From: an uncultured Planctomycetota bacterium
Lineage (GTDB): Bacteria > Planctomycetota > Phycisphaerae > Tepidisphaerales > Tepidisphaeraceae
Assembly (NCBI GenBank): GCA_963841915.1
Contig: CAWJEN010000006.1
Location: 1,312,001 to 1,376,000 of the forward strand
Reading direction: 5' to 3'
Length of the DNA stretch: 64,000 nucleotides
A model generated the notes under the pieces. That model saw only the letters and a list, made by a program, of their open reading frames with translations, was not told the origin of the DNA and did no database searches. The position numbers and the translations under genes are program-made. Shown one piece after another: positions 46,738 through 56,896 of this stretch. How positions within the stretch are numbered: the stretch's first letter is position 1; each line of letters opens with the position of its first letter.

Positions 46738-47706
46738 TCAGGAGCGGATGCGATGGGCCAGACGCCCGAAGAAACGACCCGCTTTGTGCGGCGCGACGAC
46801 GCCCTGCTCCAACCGCGCGGCCAACCGAAGGACGGCGGCGGCGGCGGGTGAAGTCGGCTCGGAAATCGCGAACGGCTTACGCGAGCGGACCGCGCGCGTC
46901 ACCGCTTTATCACTCGGGACGAAGCCGGCATCGTCGATGGCGACGCCCAGGAACTGAGCCGCCACCTTGGCGACGCGTTCAAAGACGCTGCGTGCCTCTG
47001 AAGCGCCTTTGGCCTGATTGACGAGTAGCGACACGCGTGGCCCGCCTTCGCGATCCTGCCTGCCGCGGAGCACGACCTTGATGGTCGCGTACGCGTCGGT
47101 GACGGCAGTCGGTTCAGGTGTGGTGACGACGAGCACGTCGTCGGCACTTCGCGTGAAACTCAGGACATTGGGACTGATGCCCGCGCCGGTGTCGACGAGA
47201 ATGATGTCGGCCGACCGCTCGAGCGAGTCGAGCGCAGCCAGCAGTCGGTCGTGTTCGGCGGCGGGAAGGTCGGCCATGCGGGCGAGCCCCGTCGCGCCGG
47301 CGGCAAGTCGAAATCCGCCCGGGCCGGTCGCCAGCACGTCGTCGAGCGAACGCCTACGCGCGACAACGTGGGCCAGGTTGTGCGTGAGATTCAGCCCGCA
47401 CAGCACGTCGGCATTGGCGAGGCCCATGTCGGCGTCGAGGAGCACGACCGACTTGCCCGCCTGGGCGAGCACACCTGCAAGGTTGACGGCAATGTTGGTC
47501 TTACCAACGCCACCCTTGCCACTGGTGACGGCGATGACGCGGGCGCGGCGGGTGACGGGCTCCGGCGTCGGTAGCTGTGCAGGTGGCGCTTCGACGGGTC
47601 GCGTCGCTCTTCGCTGCCCCATGAGCTGGCGCAGCCGGGTCGCCTGATCATCGACCGGTGCTGACCGGCCGAAGGTGTTGGCGATGTTGGCGTTCATTGC
47701 TGTCAT
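46738..47706 (-). CDS. flhG: flagellar number regulator, MinD-like ATPase
   Basis: DQATRLR, VTSGKGGVGKT, DADMGLAN, DTGAGI, TPEPTAVTDAY. Confidence 0.95.
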   Translation of the reverse strand: MTAMNANIANTFGRSAPVDDQATRLRQLMGQRRATRPVEAPPAQLPTPEPVTRRARVIAVTSGKGGVGKTNIAVNLAGVLAQAGKSVVLLDADMGLANADVLCGLNLTHNLAHVVARRRSLDDVLATGPGGFRLAAGATGLARMADLPAAEHDRLLAALDSLERSADIILVDTGAGISPNVLSFTRSADDVLVVTTPEPTAVTDAYATIKVVLRGRQDREGGPRVSLLVNQAKGASEARSVFERVAKVAAQFLGVAIDDAGFVPSDKAVTRAVRSRKPFAISEPTSPAAAAVLRLAARLEQGVVAPHKAGRFFGRLAHRIRS

Positions 47707-47759
47707 ACGTGCCCCGGCAAAACCAAACGGCTAGATCAATTCAACGGTCCGGCCCACGC

Positions 47760-49121
47760 TTAGGCGGCGGCGCGGGCAGAGCTGTTGTCGCTCGACCCGT
47801 CGGTACGCCCCGTTGCCGCCTTCGGTTTCTCAGGGTCGCTCGGCGACAGGTCCGAGTCGCCGTCGGCGTCGTCGGTCAAAATCAGGTTCGCCAGCCGGCT
47901 CGAGTCGGCCGTCTCCATATCGGCTGACACGTCCTGGCCGGTCGTGACGTAGCTGATGGGCAGCTGGCGGTCACCGGCGGCGCCGACGATGACGCCGATG
48001 TCGGCCGCCTCGTCGAGCTTCGTAAAGATGAGGCGATCAGCACGCACGCCCGCAAAACGCTGCAGAGCAAGGCTCAGCGAACGCGGCCCACAGCAAGCAT
48101 TGAGCACCAGGTGCACCTCGGCCGGATCGGCAGCGTCGAGGAACGAGGCCAGCTCGCCGAGCTTGACGCTGTCACGCGGACTGCGACCGGCTGTGTCGAT
48201 CAGCACATAGTCGTAGTCGGCCACGCGGGCGATGGCGTCCTTGATCTCGCGCGGCTCGCTGACGACTGTCAAAGGCACGTTCAAGATCTGAGCGTACTTC
48301 TGCAGTTGGTCGATCGCAGCGATGCGGTAGGTGTCGATCGTGATGAGCGCGACGCGGGCGTTGTCCCGCATCATGAGGCTTGCGGCGAGCTTGGCGATTG
48401 TTGTCGTCTTACCGACACCGGTCGGGCCGACGAGTGCGACGACCTTCGGGCGGCCGGGTGTTCTGGCGGGCTTGGTTGCGCCGCTGGTGGCCAGACGCTG
48501 CGTCAGTCCGGCACGGACGAGGTCGATCAGCGGCGTTTCGCCGCGACGTTCTTTGAGCGCGGCCGTCGTCTCGTCGAGGGCGGCAGCAACGAGTTCGCCG
48601 GCAATCTTCGGGCACACCTGGGCATCAATGAGCTTGCGGTAGATCGCAGCCGCTTCGGGTGGCAGGTGCGGCGTGCGGCCGTCGCGAACCTGCTCGATGA
48701 GTGTGCCGACGACGGCGCTGAGCTGCGTGACCTGGCTGCTGACGTCGAACATGGCCGCAGCGGTGGCCGCGGGCGAGGTCATAAACGCGGTTTTGGCGTC
48801 CATCGTGGGCTGATTGCCACGCGGCAGGAGGGCCGCTCCACCGGCGACGGCCGAGGCTCGACTGGCGGCCTGGGCGTAGGCGGCTTGGGCGCCGGGCATC
48901 GGAGCCGTCTGCGCCGGCCGGTCGGCCACCGTGCGCGGCCGCGACATGCCGTTAATGCCGCGACCTGCGGTGATCTCGATGTGCTCCGAGCGGATCAGGC
49001 CGAGCAAGCGGCGGCTGCGGACGGTGCGGGTCGACAGCACGACAGCTTCTTTGCCCAGCTCGCTGCGGACACAGCTGAGGCATTGACTCAGGGTCGGGGC
49101 GATGAACTTGCGAAGCTCCAT
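47760..49121 (-). CDS. flhF: flagellar SRP-like GTPase (start may be 49220)
   Basis: MELRKF....L..VRSELG.EAVVL, GPTGVGKTTTIAKLAA, DTYRIAA, DTAGRS, TKLDE, TTGQDV. Confidence 0.95.
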   Translation of the reverse strand: MELRKFIAPTLSQCLSCVRSELGKEAVVLSTRTVRSRRLLGLIRSEHIEITAGRGINGMSRPRTVADRPAQTAPMPGAQAAYAQAASRASAVAGGAALLPRGNQPTMDAKTAFMTSPAATAAAMFDVSSQVTQLSAVVGTLIEQVRDGRTPHLPPEAAAIYRKLIDAQVCPKIAGELVAAALDETTAALKERRGETPLIDLVRAGLTQRLATSGATKPARTPGRPKVVALVGPTGVGKTTTIAKLAASLMMRDNARVALITIDTYRIAAIDQLQKYAQILNVPLTVVSEPREIKDAIARVADYDYVLIDTAGRSPRDSVKLGELASFLDAADPAEVHLVLNACCGPRSLSLALQRFAGVRADRLIFTKLDEAADIGVIVGAAGDRQLPISYVTTGQDVSADMETADSSRLANLILTDDADGDSDLSPSDPEKPKAATGRTDGSSDNSSARAAA

Positions 49122-49355
49122 GCGGCCACCGGTAGAGGGTTCACCACCGCTTTGCCGCGGACGCCGCGCTGCGGCGAGTGCGGGAACAGTGGGGGCGGCG
49201 GTGGTGTGGGTCTGGTGCATGGTGCCTCGCGTCCTGCAAGGGCTGAAAAGTGCGGGTGGGCTGTTGTGCCCGCCCGTGTCGCCGTCCGGCTCCGCCGGAT
49301 AGTTCAATCGACTGTAATGGTTATCGGTCGTTGATGTATTTGGTCATGAGTGCAA

Positions 49356-51503
49356 TCAGTTCAGGCCCGCCATGGCCACGGCTTCGACGTGGACGTCGGG
49401 GACGATTTCGTTGTAGCCCACCACTGCGACCTGCGGCAGCGTGCCCTCGAGCAGCCTTCGAATCGGCAGCCGAACGTGCGGGCCGCAGACGACGACGCCC
49501 GGGCGACCCGTTGCCGTCAGCTCCGCCACCTTCTCGGCAATGACGCGAACCACAGCCTGCGCCGGGCCGGGTGGCATCGTGTTGGTCGCGGCGACCGACT
49601 TGTCGTCCTGCTGCAGGTGCTGTGCGACCGCGTCCTCGAGGGCCGGATCGAGCGTGATGCAGTGCAGGCGGTCCTCTTCGTCGACGTACTGCTTGCAAAT
49701 GGTGCGGGCCAGTGCGTTTCGGCAGTATTCGGCCAGAACGTCGGTGTCCTTGGTCCTGCCGCCGTAGTCGCCGAGCGTTTCGAGAATCGTTTCGAGGTCG
49801 CGAATCGGCACGCGTTCTTTGAGCAGGTTTTGCAGGACTTTCTGCACTTCACCGAACTTGACGACGGCCGGCACGACTTCTTCGACGAGCGCGGGCACGC
49901 GCTCCTTGAGGCCGTCGATGAGCTTGCGCACATCCTGCCGGCCCAGCAACTCGTGGGCGTGTCGGCGGATGACTTCGGTCAGGTGCGTCACGATGACAGC
50001 CGTCGTCTCGGCGACCGTGTAGTTCAGCAGCTCGGCCTCGGGCTTCTGCGGTGCGGTGATCCAGTAGGCGGGCAGTCCGAAGGCCGGCTCGGTCGTCTTG
50101 TACGCGTGCTGCAGCTCACCGGCGACAGTGCCGTTGTCCATGGCAAGGTACTGGTCGGGGTACGCCTCGCCGCGACTGACGGCCATGCCGCGGACCTTGA
50201 TCTGGTAGTCGTTGGGGCCGAGCTGCACGTTGTCGCGGATGCGAATGGCCGGCACGAGCAGGCCAAGTTCTGCGGCGACCTGCCGGCGGATGATGCCGAC
50301 GCGCGCCAGCAGGTCACCGTTCTGTTCTTCATCGACGAGCGAGAGCAGGCCGTAGCCGATCTCCAGTTCCATCGCGTCGACTTCGAGCAGTTCTTCGACG
50401 GGACGCGGCTTGTCTTGCTCGCGGGCGGCGTCGGACATTGCGCGGCGTTCGCCGACTTCGCTTTCGATCCGCTTGCCGCGGTAGAGCATGAACGCCAGCC
50501 CGCCACAGCAAAGCCCGACGACCAGCAACGGCATCGCCGGCAGGCCGGTGAAGGCCATCAGGCCCAGGAAGACGGCCGAGATGATCAGCGGCTTGGGATT
50601 GTCGGCGACCTGCTTGGCGACTTCTTCGCCGAGCTCGCTGCGGGTCGAGGAGCGTGTGACGATAAGGGCCGCACCGAGTGCGGTGACGAAGGCCGGCACC
50701 TGGCTGACCAGGCCGTCACCGATGGTCAGTCGCGTGAAAAGCTCAGCCGTTTCGGCCAATGCCCAGCCACGCTCGACGAGGCCGACGTACATGCCGCCGG
50801 CGACATTGACGAGTGTGATGATGATGCCCGCAATCGCATCGCCGCGCGTGAATTTGCTGGCACCGTCCATCGCTCCGTAGAAGTCGGCTTCCTGCGTGAC
50901 TTCTTCGCGACGCTTGCGGGCGGTCTGCTCGTCGAGCAGGCCGGCGTTGAGGTCGGCGTCGATGGCCATCTGCTTGCCCGGCATCGCGTCGAGCGTGAAC
51001 CGGGCGGCGACTTCACTGATTCGGGTCGCACCTTTGGTGATGACGACGAACTGGATGACGAAGATGATCGCGAAGATGATGAAACCGACGGCCATCGAGC
51101 CGCCGGTCACAAAGTCGCTGAAGGCGCGGACCACGTCGCCGGCGTCACCGGCGGCGGCCTCGGCAGACGCCCCGCCGCCACCGGCATTCAGAATCAACCG
51201 CGTCGTGGCGACGTTCAACACCAGCCGGAACATCGTCGTCGCCAAGAGCAGGCTCGGCAGGACGGCAAACTCCAGCGGCGACTTCACATAGATCGCCGTC
51301 ACCAGCAGCACGATGCTGAACGTGATGTTCAACACCAGCAGCAAATCGAGGATCGCCGACGGCAGCGGAACCAGCAGCACCAACAGCAACGCGATGCAGC
51401 CGACCGGAAAGATGAGCCCACGATGCTGGCCGAGCTTGTCGATCCACGCCAACGCACCGGGCGCGGCGACCTGCGCAGAAGATGGAGACGCGAGCTGGCT
51501 CAT
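49356..51503 (-). CDS. flhA: flagellar export gate protein FlhA
   Basis: RISEVAARFTLDAMPGKQMAIDADL, FYGAMDGASKF, IGDGLVSQ. Confidence 0.98.
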   Translation of the reverse strand: MSQLASPSSAQVAAPGALAWIDKLGQHRGLIFPVGCIALLLVLLVPLPSAILDLLLVLNITFSIVLLVTAIYVKSPLEFAVLPSLLLATTMFRLVLNVATTRLILNAGGGGASAEAAAGDAGDVVRAFSDFVTGGSMAVGFIIFAIIFVIQFVVITKGATRISEVAARFTLDAMPGKQMAIDADLNAGLLDEQTARKRREEVTQEADFYGAMDGASKFTRGDAIAGIIITLVNVAGGMYVGLVERGWALAETAELFTRLTIGDGLVSQVPAFVTALGAALIVTRSSTRSELGEEVAKQVADNPKPLIISAVFLGLMAFTGLPAMPLLVVGLCCGGLAFMLYRGKRIESEVGERRAMSDAAREQDKPRPVEELLEVDAMELEIGYGLLSLVDEEQNGDLLARVGIIRRQVAAELGLLVPAIRIRDNVQLGPNDYQIKVRGMAVSRGEAYPDQYLAMDNGTVAGELQHAYKTTEPAFGLPAYWITAPQKPEAELLNYTVAETTAVIVTHLTEVIRRHAHELLGRQDVRKLIDGLKERVPALVEEVVPAVVKFGEVQKVLQNLLKERVPIRDLETILETLGDYGGRTKDTDVLAEYCRNALARTICKQYVDEEDRLHCITLDPALEDAVAQHLQQDDKSVAATNTMPPGPAQAVVRVIAEKVAELTATGRPGVVVCGPHVRLPIRRLLEGTLPQVAVVGYNEIVPDVHVEAVAMAGLN

Positions 51504-51562
51504 GCGGCAATCCGTTGCCTACCGACGGGTCACGCTGGCATCCTGCCGGCGCGGATCGGTCG

Positions 51563-52639
51563 TCAAGTCGCTGAGGCGAGCTGCCGGTCCAACCGGTAGA
51601 CGTACGCCAACAACTCGGCGACGGCCGAGTAGAAATCTTCGGGTATTTCCCCGCCAACATCAACGGCACCGAACAGCGCCCTTGCAAGCGGAGGCTTCTC
51701 CACAATCGGCACACCGTTGGCCGTGGCGATTTCGCGGATCCGCATCGCCATCAAATCGCCTCCCTTGGCGACCACACGCGGCGCGTGCATCGTCCCTTCG
51801 TCGTACTTGATCGCGACGGCAAAGTGCGTCGGGTTCGTCACGATGACGTCAGCCCCTGGCACATCGGTTCGGATGCTCTGCATCGACCGTTGCATCGCAA
51901 CCTGCCGACGACGTTGCTTGATCTGCGGGTCGCCCTCCATCTTCTTCATCTCGTCCTTCACCTGCTGGTGCGTCATCTTGAGGTCTTGCTCGTGCTTCCA
52001 CCGCTGGTAGGCAAAGTCGGCCATCGAGATGATGAGCAACGCGGCGGCGACCTTGAAGCCGACCTTGAGGATCGACGCTGCCGCCAGCGGTCCGACGGCG
52101 ACGGCATCGGCGCGTTGCAGCCCGACGACCACGCCCAGCTCGGCCCACACCGCCCAGGCGGCCACGGCGGCGACGGCAAACAGCTTGAGCAGATTCATAC
52201 CGAAGCCGACGTACGTGCGGCTGGTGAAGAACAGCTTTTTGAACCCCTTGATCGGGTCGAGCGTCTCGAGTTTGGGTTGCAGCTTCTTCGGCGCCAGCAA
52301 CAGGCCGACCTGGGCCACGTTGGCGACGATGGCAAAGAAGACCAAGGCAGCCATCATCGGGACCAGCGTCCAACCGACCTCGCTGAGCGTCGCCATCGAG
52401 AGCCTGCGGACGGCGTCGACGTCACCGACCCTCGCGATGTCGGTAAATGAGCGAATGGTCGTGTCGTAGACGGCCATCCAGACGCCGCCACCGAGCATCC
52501 AAAGCATCAGCAGCGACCCGAACAGCACCACGCCGGCGGCCAGGTCCTGGCTTTTGGCTACATTGCCCTCTTCCCGCGCTTCCTGCCGTTTGCGCGGGGT
52601 GGGCTCTTGACTCTTATCTTGATCGTCGTCGTCTGCCAC
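51563..52639 (-). CDS. flhB: flagellar export protein FlhB
   Basis: EPTPRK..EAREEG.V.KS, EGDP, NPTH autocleavage motif. Confidence 0.98.
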   Translation of the reverse strand: MADDDDQDKSQEPTPRKRQEAREEGNVAKSQDLAAGVVLFGSLLMLWMLGGGVWMAVYDTTIRSFTDIARVGDVDAVRRLSMATLSEVGWTLVPMMAALVFFAIVANVAQVGLLLAPKKLQPKLETLDPIKGFKKLFFTSRTYVGFGMNLLKLFAVAAVAAWAVWAELGVVVGLQRADAVAVGPLAAASILKVGFKVAAALLIISMADFAYQRWKHEQDLKMTHQQVKDEMKKMEGDPQIKQRRRQVAMQRSMQSIRTDVPGADVIVTNPTHFAVAIKYDEGTMHAPRVVAKGGDLMAMRIREIATANGVPIVEKPPLARALFGAVDVGGEIPEDFYSAVAELLAYVYRLDRQLASAT

Positions 52640-52651
52640 GGGAGCGCGGGG

Positions 52652-53440
52652 TTAGGTCTGAGTCCAGACCCGTTCGGCGAGGGTGAGGCCTTCGCCGATG
52701 GCGTCGGCGAGGAGGCCACCGGTGATGGCCAGACCGCTGATAACGACGAGCAGGCCGATCATCGCACGCAGACTCAGGCCGACGCTGAGCAGGTTGAGCG
52801 CGGGGATCGTCTTGCCGAGCATGCCCAGCGACAGGTCGACGACGAGCATCGACACGCAAACGGGCGCTGCGATGCGGAGCGCGAGTCCGCCGCTTGCGGC
52901 AAGGGAGTCGACGAGCAGGTCGAGCGAGTCCGTCGTCATGGCAAACGACATGGGCGGCACGTGGGCGAAGCTCTGGCGGATGCCGAGGATCATGTCGTGG
53001 TGGCCGTCGAGCGACAGGAAGATGAAGAGCGTAAGGACGAAGAGCGCGTCACCGAGTGGGTTGCCACCCATGTCGCTCTGCGGGTTGAACGCTCCGGCCA
53101 TATTGAAGCCCATCTGCTGCCCGGCGACGCCACCGGCCCAGCGTGCGCCGTAGAAGGCCAACGACATGAGCATGCCGGCGACAAGGCCGAAGCCGATCTC
53201 GCCGATGAGGCCCAGCGCCAGCAGCCAGGGTGAATCGGGCAGCGGGCCGGGCATCGGCAGATCACCTGCGACGGCCAGGCACAGCGTCATCGCGACCGCG
53301 AAGTACAGCTTCACCGGCATCGGAATTCGGCCCGAGCCCAGCAACGGCGCAACAGCCATCAGGCCCATCAGACGAAACGCCACCAGCGCAAACGCCTGCG
53401 GTATCCCGGCGACGTCGAGGATGGTGACGAGCTGATTCAC
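52652..53440 (-). CDS. fliR: flagellar export protein FliR
   Basis: FRLMG..AVAP, GQQMGF, LDGHH, LGKTIPALN. Confidence 0.96.
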   Translation of the reverse strand: MNQLVTILDVAGIPQAFALVAFRLMGLMAVAPLLGSGRIPMPVKLYFAVAMTLCLAVAGDLPMPGPLPDSPWLLALGLIGEIGFGLVAGMLMSLAFYGARWAGGVAGQQMGFNMAGAFNPQSDMGGNPLGDALFVLTLFIFLSLDGHHDMILGIRQSFAHVPPMSFAMTTDSLDLLVDSLAASGGLALRIAAPVCVSMLVVDLSLGMLGKTIPALNLLSVGLSLRAMIGLLVVISGLAITGGLLADAIGEGLTLAERVWTQT

Positions 53441-53706
53441 GGTGTGGCGCTGAGACTGAAGATCGTCTCGGCGAAGCGGATGATCTGTGCGCCTGCCCAG
53501 GGCAACGCGATGACCGCGGCGGCAAACATGGCGACGATTTTCGGAATGAACGCCAAACTCTGCTCCTGAACCTGCGTGACCGCCTGCAGAAGCGACACGG
53601 CCACACCCACGACGAGGCCGGCGGCGAGCACCGGGGCTGAGCAGATCAGGACGAGCAACAGGGCTTCGCGCAGCAAGGCCACACTGGTGTCCATGTCAAT
53701 GTTCAT
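53437..53706 (-). CDS. fliQ: flagellar export protein FliQ
   Basis: LQAVTQVQEQSLAFIPK. Confidence 0.97.
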   Translation of the reverse strand: MNIDMDTSVALLREALLLVLICSAPVLAAGLVVGVAVSLLQAVTQVQEQSLAFIPKIVAMFAAAVIALPWAGAQIIRFAETIFSLSATP

Positions 53707-53725
53707 GGTGTCTCCTTAGAAGTGG

Positions 53726-54604
53726 TCAACCGGACATGGCAAAGCTGCCCATGAGGCTGGCGACGATGAGGTGCCAGCCGTCGACGAGTACGAACAGCAG
53801 CAACTTGAACGGCAGCGAGATCAGCACCGGTGGCAGCATCATCATGCCCATGCTGATGAGCACGGCAGAGATGATCATGTCGATCACCAGGAACGGCAGA
53901 TAGACCTTGAAGCCCATCAAAAAGCCGACCTTGAGCTCGCTGAGTGCAAAGGCAGGCACGAGCGTGGCCGTCGGGACGTCGCCCCAGGTTCTGGGCGGTT
54001 CGTCACCGGCGAACTGCTGAAACGTCATGACCGTCGCGTCGTTGCCGGCGGCTTCGATCTGAGCGATCATGAACTCGCGAACAGGCGCCGTCCCGCGATC
54101 CCAGGCTTCGCTTTGCGTGAGCTGGCCGTCGAGGTACGGCTGCACGCTCTCGCCCTGCACGCGGGCGATCGTCGGTGACATCACGCACAGCGTCATAATG
54201 AGGGCCAGTCCCGTCATCACCTGGTTCGGCGGCAAGGTCGGTGTGCCCATGGCCTGGCGGAGCAGGCTGAGGACAATGATGATGCGTGTGAAGCTCGTGC
54301 ACAAAACGAGCAACGCCGGCGCGAGCGACAGCACTGTCAGCAGCACGACGATCTGAAGCGCGGGCGCGAGATTCTCGCGATCCGTCAGGTCCGGCAGCCG
54401 CAGCGTCGGGTCGGCCGACGACGTCGCACCGCCCAGCGGTTCACGCTGACCGGCGGCAAAGGCAGGGTCCGACGCAACCGCACTCGACCAGTCGTCGCTC
54501 GTCATCGGTGACGGCGGCGCAAGATCGTCCGTCGGTTCCTGCTGCGCATGGGCTGGCCATGCGAAGATGCAAAGCGTCAGCAGTGTCAGGAGACATAACT
54601 TCAC
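53726..54604 (-). CDS. fliP: flagellar export protein FliP
   Basis: TSFTRIIIVL, PPNQV, PAFALSELK, MGMMMLPP..ISLPFK..LFVLVDGW. Confidence 0.98.
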   Translation of the reverse strand: MKLCLLTLLTLCIFAWPAHAQQEPTDDLAPPSPMTSDDWSSAVASDPAFAAGQREPLGGATSSADPTLRLPDLTDRENLAPALQIVVLLTVLSLAPALLVLCTSFTRIIIVLSLLRQAMGTPTLPPNQVMTGLALIMTLCVMSPTIARVQGESVQPYLDGQLTQSEAWDRGTAPVREFMIAQIEAAGNDATVMTFQQFAGDEPPRTWGDVPTATLVPAFALSELKVGFLMGFKVYLPFLVIDMIISAVLISMGMMMLPPVLISLPFKLLLFVLVDGWHLIVASLMGSFAMSG

Positions 54605-55260
54605 GCACGGCCCCCTTCCGGCTCGGCGGCGTGTTGGACGGTAAGGCCCTTGACCCGCGCGATGAGCGAACGGACGTCTTCGCCGACAAGTTGCTCGACG
54701 TTCGACTCCGACTCGATCGGATGTTCGTAGAGCGTGTCGTCAAGTGTCGCCTCGTCGAGCGTGGCAGCAAACGCGTCGGCCTTAATCGAATCGAACTCGG
54801 CAGAGGCTTTGCCGCAGGTGGCGAGCACGGAGGCGACTTCTTCGGGGTCGCTGATTTCGCAGAGCGGCTGCATGCCGTGGCCGGCATCGCCGACGACGAC
54901 GAGGCGGTGACCGACTTTTAGGACCATGACTTGGTGGCGTGGCGTGATGACGGTCCGGCCGATGAGTGAGACTGCCGCCGCCCCGGCGGCCTTTCCGGCG
55001 GTTTGGGAGACCTTCTTCCACGCGATGCCGAGGCCGACGATCAGCGCAGCGACGAGGGTCAGCGACGCCAGCACACGGGTGACGCTGGGCCCTGTGACTG
55101 GCGCGGCGTCGGTGGTGGCGGTCGCCTCTTGCGACGTGGTCGGATCGGGCAGGTTGATCGGCCGGTCATCGAACGCGTCACCCAGAGCGGGTGATACGAG
55201 CAGGAACAGTCCGATGAGCCAACATGCCGACGCCGCCAAGCGGGTTCGGCGGTGGCTCAC
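54601..55260 (-). CDS. fliO: flagellar biogenesis protein FliO/FliZ
   Basis: TM followed by IGRTVITPRHQVMVLKVGHRLVVVG; between fliN and fliP. Confidence 0.88.
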   Translation of the reverse strand: MSHRRTRLAASACWLIGLFLLVSPALGDAFDDRPINLPDPTTSQEATATTDAAPVTGPSVTRVLASLTLVAALIVGLGIAWKKVSQTAGKAAGAAAVSLIGRTVITPRHQVMVLKVGHRLVVVGDAGHGMQPLCEISDPEEVASVLATCGKASAEFDSIKADAFAATLDEATLDDTLYEHPIESESNVEQLVGEDVRSLIARVKGLTVQHAAEPEGGRA

Positions 55261-55772
55261 AGATCGTCCTCCCTGGCCGTTTCGATGATGTCATTAACGC
55301 GAACGCAGAAGTTGTCGTTGAGCACGAGCACTTCGCCGCGGGCGACAAGGCGTTCGTTCACGTAGACATCGACCGGGTCACCGGCGAGCTTGTCGAGCTC
55401 GACGACGCTGCCTTCGACGAGCTTGAGCACGTCTTCGACGAGCATGCGACAGCGGCCCAGCTCGATCTTGACGTCGAGGTTGACGTCGCGGAGCAGGTCG
55501 ATGCCGCTGACTTGCGCTTCCTGGAGCACCTTGTCGAACTGCGGCAGGTCGAATCCACCGCCCGCGGGGGGTGCGGGCGCGGCAGCTGGGGCGGCTGGTG
55601 CCGGCGCGACGGCGGTGGTCGCCGGTGCGGGTGCTTGGGAGGCGGCCACAGGGTCTTCGAAGCTCGCGCCACTCAAGAGCGCGTCGAGTTCGTCGATCGC
55701 CTGTTCCACATCGTCGGCGGCGTTGTCGCCTTCCGTATCGATTGCCGCTTCCTGGAGATCTTCGTCGGACAT
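55257..55772 (-). CDS. fliN: flagellar motor switch protein FliN
   Basis: IDLLRDVNLDVKIELGR..M...VL.L.EGSVVELDKLAGDPVDVYVN..LVARGEV. Confidence 0.96.
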   Translation of the reverse strand: MSDEDLQEAAIDTEGDNAADDVEQAIDELDALLSGASFEDPVAASQAPAPATTAVAPAPAAPAAAPAPPAGGGFDLPQFDKVLQEAQVSGIDLLRDVNLDVKIELGRCRMLVEDVLKLVEGSVVELDKLAGDPVDVYVNERLVARGEVLVLNDNFCVRVNDIIETAREDDL

Positions 55773-55877
55773 GTCGGCCTTCCTGGCCTGCGTGTGACTT
55801 GGCACGTGCGCTCTAAACGCACGTCACCCGCCGACATCCGTGCCGGCGGGCGACCTGAGTTCTGCATTGGCTTCGGG

Positions 55878-56501
55878 TCAGTAACTCGTGCGATACGGAA
55901 TGCACCGCGGCACGAGCACTTCCTCGATCAGGCCTTCGCCGACGATCAGGTCGAGCTGATAGCGTACCTGACGACGAAGCGTTTCCAAGCCCGGTTCGGT
56001 CGTGCCGTTCAATTTTTGTGGATCGATGCTCCGAATGATCCGCGTCATCCGGTCGCGAACGAGCCCCGTGCTGGCCTCCAGCTTGGCCTTGACCTCGTCG
56101 GCGTGCTTGCTCGGCACCTGCACCGAAATGTCGACGTCGTACAGATAAGTGCGACCGTCAAGCTGGTTCTGAGCCCGGAACGAGTCGACGGGCACCTCGA
56201 CGAGTGCCGGCCCATGCGACTTGATTTCGAGCGGAATCGGCTCGCCGTGGTCGTCGAGCACGGGCTCGCCGTGGTCGTCGAGTTGGTAGAGGATCTCGGC
56301 CTCGTCGCCGTGTGCGTCGGCTTCTGCCGGGCCACCGCTGAGTAGGTTGACGACGACGAGCAGCACGACGGCCTCGACCGTCATGACACCGCCGATGAGC
56401 ACCGGAAGCTTCGAGAGCATGCCCTTGATGCCGCCGCCCTTCTTGGCGTCCTTGCCTCCTGCGCTTGCGTCCGAGCTTTTGTCTGCCTTGTCTTCGGCCA
56501 T
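55878..56501 (-). CDS. fliL: flagellar basal body-associated protein FliL
   Basis: N-terminal TM plus FliL-like C-domain (VRDRM...L...G.ETLRRQ...L...VGEG.IEEVL); gene position. Confidence 0.8.
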   Translation of the reverse strand: MAEDKADKSSDASAGGKDAKKGGGIKGMLSKLPVLIGGVMTVEAVVLLVVVNLLSGGPAEADAHGDEAEILYQLDDHGEPVLDDHGEPIPLEIKSHGPALVEVPVDSFRAQNQLDGRTYLYDVDISVQVPSKHADEVKAKLEASTGLVRDRMTRIIRSIDPQKLNGTTEPGLETLRRQVRYQLDLIVGEGLIEEVLVPRCIPYRTSY

Positions 56502-56560
56502 GGCCTGTCCTTGGTACGTGTCCCCACTGCGACCCGCATCCGTTGCGGGTTACGCCCTGT

Positions 56561-56588
56561 GCATCGGCCCGTCTGGCCTGCCACTTAA
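56561..56588 (-). promoter_or_regulatory. sigma28-type promoter upstream of fliL
   Basis: Minus strand TTAAG-N15-GCCGATGC. Confidence 0.55.
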
Positions 56589-56779
56589 TCTGTCAGCGGG
56601 CGACGGCATCGCCGGGCGTGGTCGATGCTTTGACGCACCACGTCGGCCACCGTCTCTTTGACGATCACCCGCTCGCCACCCTCGATGCCGACCATCGTGT
56701 CAGGCGTCTCTTCGATCGTGCGGATCTTGTCAGCGTTGAGGATAAATCGCTGGCCGTTGAGTCGTGTCAGTGCGATCAT
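56585..56779 (-). CDS. flbD: flagellar protein FlbD
   Basis: MIALTRLNGQRFILNADKIRTIEETPDT. Confidence 0.93.
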   Translation of the reverse strand: MIALTRLNGQRFILNADKIRTIEETPDTMVGIEGGERVIVKETVADVVRQSIDHARRCRRPLTD

Positions 56780-56781
56780 GA

Positions 56782-56893
56782 GGCAGGGAGAGAGGAGATG
56801 AGTAACGAGAGATGAGTAACGAGGGGCGGAGGGAACTACGAGACTCAGCCTCACCGGCCTCTCGTTACTCATCTCTCGTCTCTCGTTCCTGCC
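56782..56893. repeat. hairpin built from tandem GAGATGAGTAACGA units (copy A)
   Basis: Left arm GAGATGAGTAACGA x2; right arm GCCTCTCGTTACTCATCTCTCGTCTCTCG. Confidence 0.85.
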
Positions 56894-56896
56894 GCG

